DNA from: an uncultured virus (IMG/VR IMGVR_UViG_3300008113_011796)
Taxonomy: Duplodnaviria; Heunggongvirae; Uroviricota; Caudoviricetes
Length of the DNA: 20,000 bases
Virus record (IMG/VR): IMGVR_UViG_3300008113_011796
Strand: one strand, 5' to 3'
Both the position numbers and the translations under genes were made by a program. Shown piece by piece: positions 15,328 through 20,000 of the stretch; within the stretch, counting starts at the first letter, position 1, and the number at the start of each line of letters is the position of its first letter. The notes under the pieces are model-generated. The model was not told the origin of the DNA. It worked only from the letters and a program-made list of their open reading frames with translations, and searched no databases.

Positions 15328-15978
15328 ATGACAGATACAATAGACTTCCGTGACAAGTTCAAGAAGTTCGGAGGCGACTTCATCCCCGACATCCTGGACT
15401 ACCTCAGGGACTACCTGTTGCAGGACCCTGGAGTCACCATCACCGTGGGCTGCGACTCGCTTCAGCTGAGACGCAAGACTGTCTACGCTATGACGATAAT
15501 GCTTTACAACACCGACGTGAGGAGAGGCGCGCACGTCGTCTTCTTCAGGATGTCTTGTCCTAAAATCAGGGAGAACCAGGAGAGGCTCTACAAGGAGGCT
15601 CAGTATCTACACGATCTGGCTGTTTACCTCGACGAGGGACTTTCCTCTTTCTACGAGAGGAAGGATCTGAGCGAGATTGAGAAGAAAAGGTACAAGTACC
15701 ACCTGGCTAAGTGTGCTGGCGAGTACTCTCACGTTCCTTTCCACCAGGAGGAGGGCGTCATCAGGAACCTGATGCTCACGCCATCCGACCTTATGGAGCC
15801 TAGGCTCGTGGACATACACGTAGACTTCAACCCGGACGAGGGCCTGAACGGCCAGAACAAGTCGCACATCGCGTACAAGAGCTTCGTTCCTTGGTTAAGG
15901 GGACTCGGCTTCAGAGTGTGGGGTAAGCCGCTTGCCCACGCCAGCACCAGCGCGGCTGACTTACTACTTAAAGGATAG
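15328..15978 (+). CDS. YkuK/DUF458 RNase H-like protein
   Basis: ITVGCDS, RLYKEA, IHVDFN and KPLAHASTSAAD match the family pattern; extra segment between the E-helix and the IHVD strand. Confidence 0.82.
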   Translation: MTDTIDFRDKFKKFGGDFIPDILDYLRDYLLQDPGVTITVGCDSLQLRRKTVYAMTIMLYNTDVRRGAHVVFFRMSCPKIRENQERLYKEAQYLHDLAVYLDEGLSSFYERKDLSEIEKKRYKYHLAKCAGEYSHVPFHQEEGVIRNLMLTPSDLMEPRLVDIHVDFNPDEGLNGQNKSHIAYKSFVPWLRGLGFRVWGKPLAHASTSAADLLLKG

Positions 15979-15981
15979 ATT

Positions 15982-16143
15982 ATGGAAGAGAAAAAGGATA
16001 AGAGGTTCAAGGCATATCACGGAGATCAGCCATCGGACTTGCTTGAAAGAATGGAAAGAGCACTGGCCAGTTACGGCTTGAAGGTCGTGAAGAAGGACAA
16101 AGCAGACTTTTACGTAGAATACGAAATTGAGGTAATAAAATGA
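15982..16143 (+). CDS. Small hypothetical protein (53 aa)
   Basis: Below the ORF-track cutoff: MEEKKDKRFKAYHGDQPSDLLERMERALASYGLKVVKKDKADFYVEYEIEVIK. It fills the gap exactly and its TGA overlaps the next ATG (ATGA). Confidence 0.75.
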   Translation: MEEKKDKRFKAYHGDQPSDLLERMERALASYGLKVVKKDKADFYVEYEIEVIK

Positions 16144-16730
16144 AAAGAAAGCAGTTGAAGGTGATGGGTCTGTCTTACAGCCAGTCACAGATCGGTTCGT
16201 ACGTGGTCGTGCTGTCCGAGAAGAAAGGAAACACAAAGATCCCAGTGATTATCAAGCCGGGCGACGCACAGAACATCGCGGTGAAGCTTGAGAACATAAA
16301 GGTCGCCAGGCCGTTGACGCACGACATAATGAAGTCGATGACCGACATGTTTCAGATAGACGTGTTCGAGGTTTTCATCTACGGCCTGGTTGAGGGCATG
16401 TTCTACGCGAAGCTTCTCGCGACGAACGGTACGGAGGACGTGGAAATCGAGTGCTCTATCGGCGACGCGATAGCACTGTCGCTGGTCTACAAGTGCCCGA
16501 TTTGGATAAAGACCGAGATACTTGAGCAGGCGGGCATCAACCTCAACGACGACGGTACAGAGTTCGACGAGCTTGACATTGAAGACGAGACAGAGGAGGA
16601 AGAATTCGTCGAGTCTAAGACCTCAATCGAGGACCTCGAGAAGCTTATGGAGAGCGCCATCGCCAACGAGGAGTACGAGATAGCCGCCGAGATACGCGAC
16701 AGGATAAGCAAGTTGAAGGATCACGAGTAG
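16140..16730 (+). CDS. Bifunctional nuclease family (DUF151/BFN) protein with C-terminal UVR helix pair
   Basis: LSYSQSQIGSYVVVL, IPVII, RPLTHD, GMFYAKL, DAIAL; C-terminal AIANEEYEIAAEIRDRI (UvrB/UvrC motif). Confidence 0.9.
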   Translation: MKRKQLKVMGLSYSQSQIGSYVVVLSEKKGNTKIPVIIKPGDAQNIAVKLENIKVARPLTHDIMKSMTDMFQIDVFEVFIYGLVEGMFYAKLLATNGTEDVEIECSIGDAIALSLVYKCPIWIKTEILEQAGINLNDDGTEFDELDIEDETEEEEFVESKTSIEDLEKLMESAIANEEYEIAAEIRDRISKLKDHE

Positions 16731-17068
16731 AGAAACCTCTCGTATTTGGCCTCGTCGCTGAGGTCTATGTCCATAAGCACCTCCTTCAAAGGAGTGTTGA
16801 AAGAGACGGCCACGTGATATATGTGCTCCGTCTTTTTGTCTTCCAGTATCTCGTCGAGTAGAAGATCTCTTATCAGGTCTTTGTCGGACCACTCCTCGAC
16901 CGTCTCGATTCTGAGGTTGACCTTCCAGGGCAGCCTTTTGTTTACGTATGCGTATACGGACTGTCTGTAGACGTTCGGCTGTCTGAACTGACGCTTGTAG
17001 AGGAACAGACCGAATATAACTATTCGCGTGATGTAGTTGTGGTAGACCTCGTTGACGTCAAGTTTCAT
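16721..17068 (-). CDS. Hypothetical protein
   Basis: 115-aa ORF; minus-strand AATACATA box at 17073-17080, 4 nt before the ATG; contains DLIRDLLLDEILE. Confidence 0.7.
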   Translation of the reverse strand: MKLDVNEVYHNYITRIVIFGLFLYKRQFRQPNVYRQSVYAYVNKRLPWKVNLRIETVEEWSDKDLIRDLLLDEILEDKKTEHIYHVAVSFNTPLKEVLMDIDLSDEAKYERFLYS

Positions 17069-17137
17069 AGGTTATGTATTAAACATCGTCGCGCCGTGAT
17101 ATATAAACATAGAAAACAAAAAAGCATATAATAGACT

Positions 17138-18211
17138 ATGAAGCAACTAAAAGTTATATCACTATTCTCTGGGTACGGAACCCAAGAGCTCGCGCTCGAC
17201 TACTGTGGCATAAACTACGTGGGCGTCGCCAACTGCGACATCCTCAAGACCGCAAACACCGTCTACGACGCGATACACAAGACCGAGCTCGGCAACCTGG
17301 GCGACGTGTCTAAGGTCGACGAGAAGACCTTCCCTGACTGTGACTTCCTAACCTATTCGTTCCCTTGCCAGGACATCTCAATCTCCGGCATACAAAGGGG
17401 TATAAAGAAGGGTACCCGTTCAGGTCTACTCTTCGAGGTCGAGAGGATCGTCGAGCACAACAAGCCAAAGTACCTTCTCATGGAGAACGTGAAGAACCTC
17501 GTGTCTGAGAAGCACATGGGTCCTTTCCAGGAGTACATCGACAAGCTCGAGTCTCTCGGTTACGGAAACTCCTGGATCGTTCTCAACGGTGCGGACTTCG
17601 GGTGCCCACAGAACCGCGAGAGGGTTTTCATGATGTCCGTTCTCGGCGAGACCAGCGAGAGCGTTAGGGAAAAGCTCTACTCGGTCGAGAAGGTCCCGAT
17701 GGAGGCTGGCAACACCAACCCTATGAGGCCGTACCTCGAGAAGGACGTGAACGCGTCATTCTTCATCAACCCGCCGTACACCGTGAACACGCCTAAGGCG
17801 AACAGCGTTTGTAGGCTTGTTGCGAGAAGGGACGACATCAAGTACGACCAGACCAGGAGGATCTACTCAATCGACGGTGCGTCTCCGTGCCTCACGACTT
17901 CAGGGTCGCCCCAGATCATGCTAGACGACAAGAGGATCAGGACTTTGACCGCGAGGGAAGGATACAGGTTCATGGGAGTTCGCGACGCGGACATCGACAG
18001 GATCCTGGAGAAAACCAACCTGAGCGACAAGGCGCACATCGCGCTCGCTGGAAACTCTATATGCGTTCCTGTGATGATGGCGATATTCGACAAGTTCTTC
18101 GGTGATTACAAAGTCGAGGATGCGGCCAGGCCGGTCGAGACGCCTGCCGCCGTTGTGCAGACGAACGTATCGCAGGAGGTCGAGTCCGACGAGGACTTCT
18201 GGAACGTTTAG
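17138..18211 (+). CDS. C5-cytosine DNA methyltransferase
   Basis: LFSGYG (I), SFPCQD (IV, catalytic Cys), MENV (VI), QNRERVF (VIII), RTLTARE (IX), AGNSI (X). Confidence 0.95.
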   Translation: MKQLKVISLFSGYGTQELALDYCGINYVGVANCDILKTANTVYDAIHKTELGNLGDVSKVDEKTFPDCDFLTYSFPCQDISISGIQRGIKKGTRSGLLFEVERIVEHNKPKYLLMENVKNLVSEKHMGPFQEYIDKLESLGYGNSWIVLNGADFGCPQNRERVFMMSVLGETSESVREKLYSVEKVPMEAGNTNPMRPYLEKDVNASFFINPPYTVNTPKANSVCRLVARRDDIKYDQTRRIYSIDGASPCLTTSGSPQIMLDDKRIRTLTAREGYRFMGVRDADIDRILEKTNLSDKAHIALAGNSICVPVMMAIFDKFFGDYKVEDAARPVETPAAVVQTNVSQEVESDEDFWNV

Positions 18212-18239
18212 TAACCCCGGTTACGGTAACGTCCGTTAC
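18211..18239. repeat. Tandem pair of GTAAC-N4-GTTAC palindromes
   Basis: GTAACCCCGGTTAC (18211-18224), one G, then GTAACGTCCGTTAC (18226-18239). Confidence 0.75.
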
Positions 18240-18254
18240 AGAGAATATTTCTCG

Positions 18255-18281
18255 AAAAAGTCGCCGTTGGCGGCTTTTTTT
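18255..18281 (+). terminator. Rho-independent terminator
   Basis: AAAAAGTCGCC-GTT-GGCGGCTTTTT hairpin (one G-U pair) with T-run. Confidence 0.8.
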
Positions 18282-18284
18282 GTT

Positions 18285-18292
18285 TATATTTG
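18285..18292 (+). promoter_or_regulatory. -7 element TATATTTG
   Basis: Consensus -7 box directly after the terminator and 15 nt before ATG 18308; -33 element not evident. Confidence 0.55.
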
Positions 18293-18307
18293 TCTAAACT
18301 AAAAGAT

Positions 18308-19168
18308 ATGGCAGAATATAGCAGAGATAGATTGTTCGAGCAGCTTGACCAGCTGAAGATTTACAAATCGGGTGGCACGGTAATCACCGAGCACAGAGGT
18401 CGCGTCATCAACAGCACCGACGTGTCCGAGAAGTACGAGATATTCGACATCGTGAAGTACTTCAAGGAAAGGATCGACGAGATTGAGAAGTCGTTCACTA
18501 TCGACAAGTACTTCCTTACAATCAAAGGCGGTAAGCAGACATTGGACCTTGTTTCCGAGGAGGTCGAGATTGCCGGCAAGAAGTTTCAGAAGACCTTCCA
18601 TATGCAGAACTCAACTGACAGGTCGCGCAGGTTGAGTTTCAACACGGGTCTGTACAGCGTAGACGACAAGTACGTGATCATAAGTGCGGTGAACCGAATA
18701 AGCCTACACAAGGCGCACGTGAAGGGAGTGACGAAGGCTGCCGAGGACGCCAGCAACGGAATATCAGCGGAGACCTTCGACGAGCAGATCGCGTCTTTGA
18801 ACGAGTTGGTTGGCCACAGGGTCGCTTTCTCTAAGATACGTGGTGTAATACTCGGCGACGACGAGAAAGTGCCTCAGATCGCGCACAAACGCTTCGACAC
18901 GTTCGTCGCTTCGTTGAGGTCTGCTAGTCGTGCTGAGATAACTCGCGAGGACTACAACAGGTACAAGTTCCCGAGACAGAGGTCAGAGTACGTGAAGGAG
19001 ATAAAGTCCGTGGACGACTTCTTCATCGACGCCTTCGACGTGATAATGTGTTATCTTAGAGCCTTCGGTGGACAAGAGACACACGTAATCAAGAACGAGT
19101 CAGAGAGAATAATGAAGATCACTCAGTGGTCGGTCAGAAACGACGCGCTGGCGATGCTAGGAATATAA
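18308..19168 (+). CDS. DUF932-like phage protein (divergent)
   Basis: ATG 18308 preferred over TTG 18290, which lies inside the -7 box. MQNSTDRSRRLSFNTGLY...HKAHVKG resembles the DUF932 NSxDxS...G...H core. Confidence 0.55.
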   Translation: MAEYSRDRLFEQLDQLKIYKSGGTVITEHRGRVINSTDVSEKYEIFDIVKYFKERIDEIEKSFTIDKYFLTIKGGKQTLDLVSEEVEIAGKKFQKTFHMQNSTDRSRRLSFNTGLYSVDDKYVIISAVNRISLHKAHVKGVTKAAEDASNGISAETFDEQIASLNELVGHRVAFSKIRGVILGDDEKVPQIAHKRFDTFVASLRSASRAEITREDYNRYKFPRQRSEYVKEIKSVDDFFIDAFDVIMCYLRAFGGQETHVIKNESERIMKITQWSVRNDALAMLGI

Positions 19169-19198
19169 ACAAACCGGTCTCTCGTATGTATAAAGCCT

Positions 19199-19939
19199 AT
19201 GAGAGACTATCTTTTAAAGCAGCTCGAGTGCTTCAAAGACCCGGACTTCGTTTTCGATCCGGGCCTTCACCGTTACACGTACCACGGCGACGTGTTCCAG
19301 TCGGTTACGACGCTCGTCGGGACTTTCCACAAGCCGTTCGACACCGAGAAGATGTCGAGGAAGAAGGCCGAGGATACCGGGTTCGACCAGGAGTGGATAA
19401 AGGCCGAGTGGGCCGAGACGAACCGCTACGCAAACGAGGTGGGTACCGCGACGCACGAGTGGATCGAGAACTACTTCAACGAGATTTGGCAGCCGCTTCC
19501 TACCAGCCAGGACGTCATACACAGGATCAACAAGTTCAACAGGATATTCGCGGACAAGCTTCACAGGCTTGAGCCTCTGGCCTTCGAAGTCAGGGTGTTC
19601 TCGAAGAAGTGGAAGAAGGCAGGTACAATCGACTCGCTCTTCATAAAGGACGGAAAGCTTTTCATACTCGACTGGAAGACGAACAAGAAGTTCACGCACG
19701 ACGACCATCCTGACGGCAGGTACCAAAGGCTGCTGTGGCCATTCGAGTGCTTCCACAAGAACCACCTGAACGAGTACTCTATACAGCTTTCGATGTACGC
19801 GGCGATACTAGAGGAGTGGGGCTTCGAGGTCGGAGGCGCTTACCTGGTCCACATCGGCCCAGGAGACGAGCCGGCGCAGATACACAAATGTCACGACATG
19901 CGTCCTTACCTCGAGACGTACTTCGAGGAGAACCAATAA
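19199..19939 (+). CDS. PD-(D/E)XK exonuclease (RecB/Cas4-like, no Fe-S cysteines)
   Basis: SVTT, GTATHEWIE, AGTIDSLF, ILDWKT and YSIQLSMY motifs. Confidence 0.88.
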   Translation: MRDYLLKQLECFKDPDFVFDPGLHRYTYHGDVFQSVTTLVGTFHKPFDTEKMSRKKAEDTGFDQEWIKAEWAETNRYANEVGTATHEWIENYFNEIWQPLPTSQDVIHRINKFNRIFADKLHRLEPLAFEVRVFSKKWKKAGTIDSLFIKDGKLFILDWKTNKKFTHDDHPDGRYQRLLWPFECFHKNHLNEYSIQLSMYAAILEEWGFEVGGAYLVHIGPGDEPAQIHKCHDMRPYLETYFEENQ

Positions 19940-19966
19940 AAAAAGAGACCGTACGGTCTCTTTTTT
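19939..19966. terminator. Bidirectional terminator (perfect 28-bp palindrome)
   Basis: AAAAAAGAGACC-GTAC-GGTCTCTTTTTT. Confidence 0.88.
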
Positions 19967-19969
19967 CGT

Positions 19970-20000
19970 TTAGCTGTAGTATCTTTTTCTTCTTGCGCCT
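19970..20000 (-). CDS. Probable 3' end of a convergent gene entering from beyond the window
   Basis: Minus-strand frame ...GARRKRYYS-TAA ends just before the bidirectional terminator; only 9 sense codons visible. Confidence 0.35.
   Translation of the reverse strand, partial: GARRKRYYS

Noticed and set aside
542..18307. Upstream near-cognate starts in the ORF track (542, 4858, 4873, 12739, 18290)
   Set aside because: They run through AT-rich promoter regions; downstream starts 587, 4843, 4879, 12781 and 18308 fit motif positions and domain boundaries better.
1324..19765. Many long antisense or alternate-frame ORFs (e.g. 1324..1923, 7883..8488, 10245..10871, 14757..15314, 19214..19765)
   Set aside because: They lie wholly over well-supported genes and have L/V/R-rich composition expected from strong C/G third-position bias.
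19199..19939. Cas4 as part of a CRISPR-Cas locus
   Set aside because: No Fe-S cysteine cluster, no other cas genes and no array in the window; fits a stand-alone phage exonuclease.
1..20000. Stop-codon reassignment as seen in some large phages
   Set aside because: Genes are full length in code 11; TAG stops are followed by terminators (3979, 10195, 15251) and TGA is used in coupled overlaps (11942, 16143).

Overview
Densely packed, standard-code (table 11) window that reads as part of a large (jumbo/huge-type) tailed phage genome; the host is inferred to be Bacteroidota from TTG-N19-TAnnTTTG promoters, A-rich ribosome-loading regions without Shine-Dalgarno sites, and a Q-rule-like signal peptide. 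No tRNA, rRNA, CRISPR array or transposase is visible. About 24 CDS: a truncated glycosyltransferase-like gene, a cyclic-phosphate-processing receiver protein, a DUF2201 metallopeptidase-VWA protein and its likely MoxR-type AAA partner 11.5 kb away, three DNA methyltransferases (beta-class amino-MTase coupled to a PD-(D/E)XK endonuclease-like gene, Dam-like, C5), a beta-helix tailspike/depolymerase, a class II CCA-adding-type nucleotidyltransferase, YkuK/RNase H-like, DUF151-UVR, DUF932-like and Cas4/RecB-like proteins, and several hypotheticals. The most striking pattern: five genes, including the CCA-adding enzyme, share both an N-terminal peptide resembling the T4 capsid-targeting sequence and an ATA(T/A)ATA box only 4-5 nt before the start codon. 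This suggests a late-expressed, near-leaderless set of virion-packaged cargo proteins that includes a tRNA-repair enzyme. All family assignments are by motif recognition, not database search.
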